Assembly (NCBI GenBank): GCA_963844605.1
Contig: CAWJPE010000014.1
Coordinates: 132,707-196,706, forward strand
Direction: 5' to 3'
From: an uncultured Acidobacteriota bacterium
GTDB taxonomy: Bacteria > Acidobacteriota > Terriglobia > Terriglobales > Acidobacteriaceae
DNA: 64,000 nt
Part shown: piece by piece, positions 10,420 to 18,059 of the stretch
How positions within the stretch are numbered: the stretch's first letter is position 1
How the letters are laid out: each line of letters opens with the position of its first letter
Program-made: the position numbers and the translations under genes
Notes under the pieces: generated by a model
Told to the model about the DNA's origin: nothing
Databases searched by the model: none
What the model saw: the letters and a program-made list of their open reading frames with translations, nothing else

Positions 10420-11279
10420 AACGTGCGATGAGTCTGGCGTTTGTACTTCTGCTGGCCTGGGTTTGGGGCCGGGCGGCAGAGACTCACGCGGCGAAGGGGG
10501 TTGTGCTCAAAGTCGATGCAACGCATCGGACACTCGTCGTCTCGTGCGAGGCGATTCCCAATTACATGGATGCGATGGAGATGCCGTTTGTAGTTCAGGA
10601 CTCGGCGTCGCTCATGGGTTTGAAACCGGGCACGGCGGTGAGCTTTACCATCGTCGCGCGGCGGAAAGATCTGTATGCCGAAAATATCCGCGTGCGAGTT
10701 ACGACCAATCTGGAGTCCGAACCGCTGGAAGCTGGCCAGTTGACCGCTCTGCACAAGGCGATGCATCCAGAGGTAAAGGCTCTGACGGTGGGCGAGCGCG
10801 TTCCGGACTTTGTCCTGACCGACCAGGCTGGCAAGGAAGTTCGTCTTTCAGAATTTTCCGGGAAAGCGATCCTGCTTACGTTTGGCTATTCGCGTTGTCC
10901 GAATCCCAATTATTGTTTTCGGCTCTCGAATAACCTGGCGCGGGTTGAGAAGCGCTTTCATGACCTGGCGGGGCTGGACCTGGTGCTGATGACGATCGTG
11001 ATCGATCCCGAGCACGACCAGGGTGCGGCGCTGGTGAACTATGCCGGCGTGTGGAAAGCTGATCCGGCGGTGTGGCACTTTCTCACCGGGCCGCTGCCGG
11101 AAATTCAGCAGGTTGCGGGAATGTTCGGTATGAACTTCTGGAGCGATGACGGATTCGTTACGCACTCGCTGCACACGGTCATCCTGGATCGCAAGGGACA
11201 GCTTGCGGTGAATCTTGAGGGCAACGCATTCACGGCGGAAGAACTGGGCGATCTGGTGCAGGTGGTGATGAAGAACTAG
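10416..11279 (+). CDS. SCO1/SenC-family thioredoxin-fold protein fused to an N-terminal CusF-like metal-binding domain
   Basis: CusF-like KGVVLKVDATHRTLVVSCEAIPNYMDAMEMPFVV. SCO-like GKAILLTFGYSRCPNPNYC ... THSLHTVILDRKG. 4-nt overlap with the upstream gene. Confidence 0.8.
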   Translation: MKRAMSLAFVLLLAWVWGRAAETHAAKGVVLKVDATHRTLVVSCEAIPNYMDAMEMPFVVQDSASLMGLKPGTAVSFTIVARRKDLYAENIRVRVTTNLESEPLEAGQLTALHKAMHPEVKALTVGERVPDFVLTDQAGKEVRLSEFSGKAILLTFGYSRCPNPNYCFRLSNNLARVEKRFHDLAGLDLVLMTIVIDPEHDQGAALVNYAGVWKADPAVWHFLTGPLPEIQQVAGMFGMNFWSDDGFVTHSLHTVILDRKGQLAVNLEGNAFTAEELGDLVQVVMKN

Positions 11280-12712
11280 CGCCCTGCTTCACCCTTCGGC
11301 AAAAGGATCACGTAGGGAACCTCGGTCGAGGAGAATTGTGCGCGCTCGAAGTCCCTGTCGAATGGGGGCGCGTGGTCTCCGACGACAACAAAGATGGTGG
11401 GACGGTTGAGCGGCTTGAGCGCAAGATCGCGCATGGATTGGCTCATTACGGAGATGAGCTGATACCAGGAGCAAACAGCTGTATCGCTGCGAGTGATCGC
11501 GCTCATAGCACATGAACTGGGCGACTTGAGCTGGACGGGCCTCCAAAGTGGCAAGTGGGAGTTGAGCGTGACCCAGTGCACAAACAGGGGAGCATCGCCT
11601 GGCTGCTGGAGCCTGTCGCCCAGCCATGCGGCGATGGCATCATCGCAGCTTCCCCTGAACGTGCCGTCACAATCGGGCACACCAACAGCTTGCAGACGGT
11701 CGTGAAACCAGCTGTCTTCAAAGCCCATCTTTGAATACCAGTTGTTCCGGTCGTACATCTCGCCACTGAAGCCGTGTACGGCGAGGGTGCGATACCCCAT
11801 CCGGTGCAAACGCAGAGGCAGACAGCGCTGCAACTGCGCGGCGGTGCCCTGCGCGACGTAGGCGCCCATATGGGTCTGGCATAGCTCGCGCGCTTCGCCG
11901 GAAGTTGTCGGCCCCTGGAAAGGCATGGTGCCCTCGAGCACCTCATACTTTGCGTGCAGACGCGGGTCGGAGTAAGGCTCGACCATGGCGCGGCGCAGAG
12001 ACAAGTCGCGAGCCAGTCCCCACGATTCGACGACGACGAGGACGATGTTCGGTTGCTGAGCCCGGTAGTCGGACAAGTGGTTCAGCGCGAGCGCGGTCGC
12101 CGATGCCATCGCGTATTGTCCCCCGAGGCGCAGCCCCCGTTCGTATCGCCGGTAGATCAACTCGCTGTAAAGAAGGCCCGCTGTGGGCGTCCGCGAGAGA
12201 CGCGCGGAGTTGTTCTCATCGCCTGGATGAAGCAGGATGTCACGGGCGCTGCGAATATCCGCCAGCGACAGCAGGAGAAAGGGAACCAGCATGGTTGCGG
12301 ATGCGAGCTTGCGCTGCCGGCCGCTCAGGCGGGGCGAAGTGCAGGCCACACACGCCAGGCAGACGAGCAGCGCAGCGACAAAGGCCGCGACAATCAGTCC
12401 AATGCGCGTGGTCGAGAGCAACCCGCCGTAGCGCATGGTGTTGAAAAATTCAGCGGGTGCGAAGAGATAAGTCACACAGGCCGCGTGAATGAAATCAAGA
12501 ATGATAGCGGCGAGGAGAAGAATAAAAGTAACGACACGCGGCACGAAGAGGGACAGCAGGCCGATGAGGAGATAGTCGAGGTCGATGTATCCGTGGAGCA
12601 GCAGGTTGAGTGGATGGGCAGCGAGCAATAGCGGAAGATTGGGTAGAACGAGAAAGGCCGGGAGAAACAGGTACCAGCGAAACTCAACCCATCCACCCCT
12701 GCGAAGTATCAA
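11276..12712 (-). CDS. Membrane-anchored sulfatase / phosphoglycerol-transferase (LTA-synthase-like, alkaline phosphatase superfamily) protein
   Basis: N-terminal multi-TM region followed by IVLVVVESWG ... FVVVGDHAPP sulfatase-family motifs. The track ORF starts at 12865 but that overlaps the VKOR gene by about 120 nt, so I prefer the in-frame TTG at 12712. The start remains uncertain. Confidence 0.7.
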   Translation of the reverse strand: MILRRGGWVEFRWYLFLPAFLVLPNLPLLLAAHPLNLLLHGYIDLDYLLIGLLSLFVPRVVTFILLLAAIILDFIHAACVTYLFAPAEFFNTMRYGGLLSTTRIGLIVAAFVAALLVCLACVACTSPRLSGRQRKLASATMLVPFLLLSLADIRSARDILLHPGDENNSARLSRTPTAGLLYSELIYRRYERGLRLGGQYAMASATALALNHLSDYRAQQPNIVLVVVESWGLARDLSLRRAMVEPYSDPRLHAKYEVLEGTMPFQGPTTSGEARELCQTHMGAYVAQGTAAQLQRCLPLRLHRMGYRTLAVHGFSGEMYDRNNWYSKMGFEDSWFHDRLQAVGVPDCDGTFRGSCDDAIAAWLGDRLQQPGDAPLFVHWVTLNSHLPLWRPVQLKSPSSCAMSAITRSDTAVCSWYQLISVMSQSMRDLALKPLNRPTIFVVVGDHAPPFDRDFERAQFSSTEVPYVILLPKGEAGR

Positions 12713-12743
12713 GCCGCGACTCCTCCCGTGCGGACGCCTACGT

Positions 12744-13148
12744 CTAGACAGCGGATGCGCGCCGGCCAACGAACATCCAGACCAAGGCGAACAGGGTGAT
12801 GAGAGCGATGATTCCCTGAGAAATGACGCAGTAGAGGCACCAGACCTCGAGCTTGTGGGCTTCAATGTTGGTCAGGTAGAGGGCGAACCCCAGGCCAATC
12901 AGCGCGGCACCCAGCGTGAAGCCGCGGCGGCGCAGCAGCGCAAGGAGGCCCAGAACGAAATAGCCAGCAATTCCGATGGCGGCGACTGGGATGTGATGGA
13001 TCTCGGCATAGCGGCTGTGGTTCACGATGCCGCAGTCCCAGTGGGCGTTGATGTCGCAGGGTTGCACATCGTTCGAGTAGTGGACGTGCAGGGCCAGGGT
13101 GGAAACAACGATGCCCGCAAGGGCGAGGAACGCAATCAGGAATCGCAT
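12744..13148 (-). CDS. Vitamin K epoxide reductase (VKOR) family protein
   Basis: 134 aa with four TM helices. Loop cysteines (VQPCDINAHWDCG) and a redox CxxC (CLYC) in the last helix, which is the VKOR layout. Confidence 0.85.
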   Translation of the reverse strand: MRFLIAFLALAGIVVSTLALHVHYSNDVQPCDINAHWDCGIVNHSRYAEIHHIPVAAIGIAGYFVLGLLALLRRRGFTLGAALIGLGFALYLTNIEAHKLEVWCLYCVISQGIIALITLFALVWMFVGRRASAV

Positions 13149-13272
13149 GAACTTGGTCTTTCTCTCCTTCGGCTTGCGCCGGTTCTTTATTGGCTTACAT
13201 CGATTCTATGTTGACGAGTCTGTGTGTGCTCTGGGCAGCACTCGCCCACGAGCGCGCAGAAGCGATAAAATT

Positions 13273-13896
13273 ATGTCATTCACTATGCTACGCAACGTTT
13301 TGCTCTCTTTTACCGGTATCGTTCTCGCGCTCGGCGCTCAGGTAAGTCAGGCCCAGCATGATATGTCAACGCTGAAACCCCCCGCGGGCTCGCACGTGGC
13401 TCTCATTGAGTTTGCTGACATGGAGTGTCCGATGTGCGCGCGCCAGAATCCGACGATTAAAGATGCCGCGGCCAAATACCGCGTTCCCTGGCTGAGGCAC
13501 GATTTTCCCCTGCAGATGCACGTCTGGAGTTTCCAGGCGGCAGTGAACGCGCGGTGGTTCGATTCGAAGAAGCTGGGGAACGAATATCGCGACTACATAT
13601 TCGCCAACCAGATCAGCATCGAAACCAAGGACGACCTGCGGTCGTTTACGGAAAAGTTCGCGCAACAGCATGGCGTAGCGTTGCCCTTTGTGATCGATCC
13701 GCAGGGGAAGCTCGCCGATGAGGTGAAGGCTGACTATGCGCTGGGCGAGCGGTTGGGTGTACACCAGACACCTACCGTATGGGTGGTGACCGATCGGACA
13801 GGCGGCGCTCCTCCGTACGTCGAGGTGACCGACTATAACAAGCTGTACACGATACTGGACCAGGCGACGGCGGCGACCGGGCACGGGAAGAAATAG
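13273..13896 (+). CDS. DsbA-family thiol:disulfide oxidoreductase (secreted)
   Basis: Signal peptide MSFTMLRNVLLSFTGIVLALGAQVSQA. CxxC active site in FADMECPMCARQ. Divergent from the VKOR gene. I chose the ATG at 13273 rather than the track start at 13099, which overlaps VKOR. Confidence 0.8.
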   Translation: MSFTMLRNVLLSFTGIVLALGAQVSQAQHDMSTLKPPAGSHVALIEFADMECPMCARQNPTIKDAAAKYRVPWLRHDFPLQMHVWSFQAAVNARWFDSKKLGNEYRDYIFANQISIETKDDLRSFTEKFAQQHGVALPFVIDPQGKLADEVKADYALGERLGVHQTPTVWVVTDRTGGAPPYVEVTDYNKLYTILDQATAATGHGKK

Positions 13897-13897
13897 C

Positions 13898-14074
13898 CTA
13901 AACGGCTCTTCGCCCTCGCGCCGCCATCACAATCGCGATGCCGAAGCACATCCCGCTTGCGACCAGTTGGATCGTGTCCACTGAGCGGATGTGCTCCAGG
14001 CGATGCGACGCCACCATGGTCGAAATGCCGGCAAGGCCTATTAGAAAAGCAATGAACGCTGTACCCATCCTCAT
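13898..14074 (-). CDS. Small two-TM membrane protein (hypothetical)
   Basis: MRMGTAFIAFLIGLAGISTMV...GMCFGIAIVMAARG. The only support is the hydrophobic pattern. Confidence 0.35.
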   Translation of the reverse strand: MRMGTAFIAFLIGLAGISTMVASHRLEHIRSVDTIQLVASGMCFGIAIVMAARGRRAV

Positions 14075-14223
14075 GAAAAAGCCTCGTGTTGATTTGTCCC
14101 CGGGAGCGAGCGAGAGGTTGAGTCTATAACATTGGCTCAGCGAACCAAAGCGATTTGCAGCCCGCTGGCTGTGTGAGGTCAACACCCTTCGGGTAGACTT
14201 GTGGTTCTAACAGGAGGCTTCGC

Positions 14224-15405
14224 ATGCAGATTGACGCGATTCAGGCCGCTCTCCGCGAACAGGCGCTCGACGCCTGGCTTTTCTACGATCATCACCATCG
14301 CGATCCCATCGCTTATTCCATCCTCGGGTTGCCGGAAAGCGCGCACGTGACGCGGCGCTGGTACTACGCAATTCCCGCTGCGGGCGAGCCGCGCAAGCTG
14401 GTGCATCGCATCGAATCCGGTCGCCTGGACACGCTGCCGGGGTCGAAGGGCGTGTACTCGTCATGGCAGGAGTTGGAGGGCGGGCTGGATGCGATGCTGG
14501 CTCCCTACGAGACGATTGCAATGCAATACTCACCGCGCAACGCAATCATGTATGTCTCCATGCTGGATGCGGGAACAATGGAAGTGCTGCGCGAGATGGG
14601 CAAGACAGTGGTGAGCTCGGCGGACCTGGTGAGTCGGTTCGAGGCCGTCCTGACAGAGGCGCAGATCGCCAGCCATTACGAAGCACAGAAGGCCATTGAC
14701 GAGATCCTGGCGGAGGGTTTCCGCGAGATCGGGCGACGGGTTCGTCCCGCCAACGGCGCGCCGGCGCGGGTGACGGAATATGACATCGTGCAGTGGCTGC
14801 AGGAGGCAATGCGGCGCGCTGACCTTGTGTGGGAGAACGGGCCGAATGTGTCAGTGAACGAGAACAGCGCGGATTCACATTACGAACCCACGGAAGCAAG
14901 CGCCAGGGAGATTAAGGACGGCGATTTCGTGCTGATCGACATCTGGGCGCGCAAGAACCGTCCGGGCACCTGTTATTACGACATCACCTGGACGGGTGTG
15001 GTGGGTCGCGAGCCATCGGAAAAGGAGCAACAGGTCTTCCATGTTGTGAAGGACGCGCGCGATGCAGCGGTGCAGGTGGTTAAGGAGGCGTTCTACAGCA
15101 GGCAGCCCATTGCCGGATGGCAGGCGGACGATGCGGCTCGGGCGGTGATCAACGAGGCTGGCTACGGCAAATTCTTCACGCACCGCACGGGACACAATAT
15201 CAGCAACACCCTGCACGGCAATGGCGCACATCTCGACAACCTGGAGACGCATGACGAGCGGCTGATTCTGTCCAACACGTGCTTCTCGGTCGAGCCGGGG
15301 ATTTATCTCAAGAAGTTCGGCATACGTAGCGAACTGAACATGATTACCTCTCCGGAGCGGGCCGTTGCGACGGGACGGGTACAGCAGGAGTTGGTGAGGA
15401 TTTAG
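14224..15405 (+). CDS. M24-family Xaa-Pro aminopeptidase/dipeptidase
   Basis: Pita-bread fold metal ligands: DFVLIDIWA, HRTGHNIS, FSVEPGIY. Confidence 0.9.
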   Translation: MQIDAIQAALREQALDAWLFYDHHHRDPIAYSILGLPESAHVTRRWYYAIPAAGEPRKLVHRIESGRLDTLPGSKGVYSSWQELEGGLDAMLAPYETIAMQYSPRNAIMYVSMLDAGTMEVLREMGKTVVSSADLVSRFEAVLTEAQIASHYEAQKAIDEILAEGFREIGRRVRPANGAPARVTEYDIVQWLQEAMRRADLVWENGPNVSVNENSADSHYEPTEASAREIKDGDFVLIDIWARKNRPGTCYYDITWTGVVGREPSEKEQQVFHVVKDARDAAVQVVKEAFYSRQPIAGWQADDAARAVINEAGYGKFFTHRTGHNISNTLHGNGAHLDNLETHDERLILSNTCFSVEPGIYLKKFGIRSELNMITSPERAVATGRVQQELVRI

Positions 15406-15408
15406 CGA

Positions 15409-15954
15409 TCAGCCTTTCGCACCGTGGCCGTCGCAGTGCATCACGCCTAGGAATTTGCTCCACGGGCCTACGGATTCGCGGGATTGGTGGGCCATAATCC
15501 GCGATATCTGGTGCAGGTGGGTTAAGTCGTGTGCCGCCCAGGTTGCGAGCAACTCTGATAGGGTCACAACTCCGAATGCAGGGTGCCGTCCGCGCTTCGC
15601 GAGATCCTCCGGCTGGAAATCTAACACGCTCAGTATGCCGAGATTTTCCAGCCGCAATCGTGCAAATTCGTCCAGCAGTTGTCCGAGCGACTTGCCTTGA
15701 GTCTGATGGATATGACCTCCGCGATCAAAGGGTCGAAACGGCTGGGTCTCGCCGTACTGCATGATCCACTCGGCTCGCGGAATCCAGTTCGTGTGTTCGC
15801 AATCGATCAGGTGCCCGATGACGTCGAAGGCACTCCATGTGCCTTCACCTTCATTGCAGGACGTCCAGGTCTCCGGCAGATCGCGCAGAAGGGCATTGAG
15901 GGCAGCGGGGGTGCGGTTCAGGAGCAACATTGTATCTTCCAGATCAGGTTTCAT
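15409..15954 (-). CDS. DinB-family (four-helix-bundle) protein
   Basis: WSAFDVIGHLIDCEHTNW...WAAHDLTHLHQI gives the His triad spacing of the DinB_2 fold. Confidence 0.8.
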   Translation of the reverse strand: MKPDLEDTMLLLNRTPAALNALLRDLPETWTSCNEGEGTWSAFDVIGHLIDCEHTNWIPRAEWIMQYGETQPFRPFDRGGHIHQTQGKSLGQLLDEFARLRLENLGILSVLDFQPEDLAKRGRHPAFGVVTLSELLATWAAHDLTHLHQISRIMAHQSRESVGPWSKFLGVMHCDGHGAKG

Positions 15955-15999
15955 CGTTCGCCTCGCTTTCCATTATGCTCGCCAGTCGGTTAATTCCTG

Positions 16000-16452
16000 A
16001 TGGATGATCGCCGCCCTCAAGCTGTTATATTCAAGAGAGAAATGGCTTCCAAAGTTCAAGTGCCCGCGAAGACGCAAACGACCTCGCAGGGCTTCCTCTA
16101 TTCGGCTCTTATTTTAGGCTGGCTGATTCCGGGCGCGGGTCACGTGTTGACCGGCCGCTGGGTGCGCGGCCTTCTGCTTTTTGCCTCGATCGCTTCGATG
16201 TTCTGGCTGGGACTGGCGATGCAGGGTAAATTGTACGTGCCGAATACGGGCGACGTGCTCGACATGCTCGGCTTCGCCGGCGATCTGGGCAACGGCCTCT
16301 TCTACGCGCTGGGTCGGATCTTCGATCTGGGACATGGCGCGGTGCAGATCGCGACCGCGGACTATGGAACGAAGTTCGTGGTTGTGGCGGGCCTGCTGAA
16401 TTTCATCTCCGCCGTAGACGCGCACAACCTGCGCATTGGCAGGAAGGCTTAA
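16000..16452 (+). CDS. Hypothetical membrane protein
   Basis: 150-aa ORF with 3-4 hydrophobic helices (GWLIPGAGHVLTGRWVRGLLLFASIASMFWLGLAM). The start could instead be the internal MASKVQ. Confidence 0.5.
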   Translation: MDDRRPQAVIFKREMASKVQVPAKTQTTSQGFLYSALILGWLIPGAGHVLTGRWVRGLLLFASIASMFWLGLAMQGKLYVPNTGDVLDMLGFAGDLGNGLFYALGRIFDLGHGAVQIATADYGTKFVVVAGLLNFISAVDAHNLRIGRKA

Positions 16453-16631
16453 TGTTCGCTCCCTCCCATTTTTCCGCTGTTTTGCTCTTCGCCACCTTTG
16501 CCTCCGTAGTTTTTGGGATCACACAACGGTCGACGACGCGAGCCATGGTTAAATATGGTCTCTATTGCTGGAGCATGTTCGTCGGCGTGGTGATCGTGGC
16601 GAGCTGGGTGATGTGGCTGATCAGAAGATAG
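16452..16631 (+). CDS. 59-aa two-TM membrane protein (below the track cutoff), TAATG-coupled to the upstream gene
   Basis: My own translation: MFAPSHFSAVLLFATFASVVFGITQRSTTRAMVKYGLYCWSMFVGVVIVASWVMWLIRR*. The ATG overlaps the upstream TAA stop. Confidence 0.45.
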   Translation: MFAPSHFSAVLLFATFASVVFGITQRSTTRAMVKYGLYCWSMFVGVVIVASWVMWLIRR

Positions 16632-16830
16632 CTAAGGTCCGGTCAGCTAAGAAGCGGGCAGCTAAGGTCCGGTTAGCTAAAAACCGGTTAGCGGTGAAGC
16701 ACTCGGTTGCACTAATAACCCATGCAAGGTTCTTGGGCGGGCGCAGGAAGACTGTTAACGAGACTGTCTTTGCTATCCTCTTTTTACCTACCCGGTTCTT
16801 AGCTGACCTCAGCTACCCGCCTTCTAGCTG
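16630..16830. repeat. AGCTAA hexamer array with exact 15-bp phasing plus an inverted copy (about 40-bp imperfect inverted repeat flanking about 100 bp)
   Basis: AGCTAA at 16630, 16645, 16660 and 16675 (degenerate AGCG at 16690). The reverse complement of 16791-16830 (CAGCTAGAAGGCGGGTAGCTGAGGTCAGCTAAGAACCGGG) aligns with 16644-16690. Confidence 0.7.
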
Positions 16831-17802
16831 ATTCCTCTCCCAGAGCATGGCGTCGAAATTGTGGGTCACGCCAAAGCCTTCGCGCCTGTAGAGTCCTACC
16901 GCGTTTTGATTGGCCTCCGTCACTGTTAGGGTGAGAGCACGGAATCCCTGGGCCTTCAGATGCGCGGCGCAGTCCTCGATAAGGATGGCGCCAAGCCCGT
17001 GACTGCGGCTATCCTTCGCAACGCAGAGCTGCGTGATGTGGGCGATGTCTTCACGCACACGCGAGCAAAGCAGAATGGCGGCAATCTCATGGTTGCCCGA
17101 ATGCACCAGCACGCGGGATGCTGCTGCGTCGAACAATCCGCAACCCGGAAAGCGGACGATGTTGTGCAGGAATCGGAGCGAGCCGGCAACCGTCCGGTAC
17201 TGATCGTTGATGTGGCTGTCGAGGTGGCCCTCGTATGCGCCCGAGATCAGATGGGCGGCGGCGTTGAAGTCGTCCTCCTTCCAGGCGCGCATGGCGAGAC
17301 CTTCGGGCAAAGAGTGCCGAGCAGGCGCAGGAGAAAGTCCCGACAGGTCGAGTCGCATGAAAAGGCGGTTGTAAACCTGAAAGCCCGCAGTACGGAAGGC
17401 CTCGGCGTGCAGGCCATGCGGGTGCAGAAGCAGTTGCGACTCAATGCGTTCGACGCCAGGAGAATTCTGCAGCAGTTCGATCAGGCTCTCAAGCAGTCGC
17501 AACTCGATATCGGTGGGCGTGGCCTCGGAGTTTTGAGGCTGGATGGCGAAGACGTCGCCGATCACGGCTTTGCGCTCTTCGTAGACGCAGAAGAGGTAGC
17601 CGGCGACGCGGCCATTCTCAATGGCTACGTAGCCGGGCAGCAAACGCGAATCGAGATACTGCAGCAGCAGATCGGCGGAGGCGCGGTAATCCCACTCGAG
17701 GCGCTCGCTCCACAGACGGGATTCGGCCTCGAGCAGCGGGCGGAGGCTGGCTGCCGAAAAGTGCCGGAGGTCGAGGATCTCGAGTTGGAGCGCCGGTGTC
17801 AT
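16813..17802 (-). CDS. GNAT-family N-acetyltransferase (two acetyltransferase-like halves)
   Basis: C-terminal GNAT core HGLGAILIEDCAAHLKAQGFRALTLTVTEANQNAVGLYRREGFGV. An N-terminal second GNAT-like half (VAGYLFCVYEERKAVIGDVF). Confidence 0.8.
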   Translation of the reverse strand: MTPALQLEILDLRHFSAASLRPLLEAESRLWSERLEWDYRASADLLLQYLDSRLLPGYVAIENGRVAGYLFCVYEERKAVIGDVFAIQPQNSEATPTDIELRLLESLIELLQNSPGVERIESQLLLHPHGLHAEAFRTAGFQVYNRLFMRLDLSGLSPAPARHSLPEGLAMRAWKEDDFNAAAHLISGAYEGHLDSHINDQYRTVAGSLRFLHNIVRFPGCGLFDAAASRVLVHSGNHEIAAILLCSRVREDIAHITQLCVAKDSRSHGLGAILIEDCAAHLKAQGFRALTLTVTEANQNAVGLYRREGFGVTHNFDAMLWERNQLEGG

Positions 17803-18059
17803 GGTGTTCCTAGCATGGGGTAAGAATTTACGCGCAGGAAATCAACGGCAGCCAGCGCAACGAACTCTGAGAAACTTACTGGATATTCCCGCCTGAGCTG
17901 AGAGCCCTCGTTCAGGTGGAGATATCGATAAATGGGCAAAACCCGGAATATTCGCACCGGCCAAAGCCGCGCCCGTTCAAACCAGCGATCTGCTCCGGCT
18001 ATCGAAACCGATTCTCAAGGATCGGCTAAGTCTTAATGTCCCCGCCGGAATGCATCACG

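Noticed and set aside
16630-16700. CRISPR array hypothesis for the phased repeats
   Set aside because: The repeat unit is only 6 bp of identity on a 15-bp period (30-bp super-unit x2). There are no unique spacers of CRISPR length and no cas genes in the window.
16565-16831. 88-aa ORF (…AKVRSAKKRAAKVRLAKNRLAV…)
   Set aside because: Its periodic Lys/Arg/Ala sequence is simply the translation of the AGCTAA 15-bp repeat array. It overlaps the better-supported 59-aa membrane ORF and the GNAT gene end.
17932-18030. 32-aa basic micro-ORF (MGKTRNIRTGQSRARSNQRSAPAIETDSQGSA) with GGAG about 10 nt upstream
   Set aside because: It is too short and featureless to support without conservation or expression data. 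I note it only as a possibility in the 257-nt spacer.
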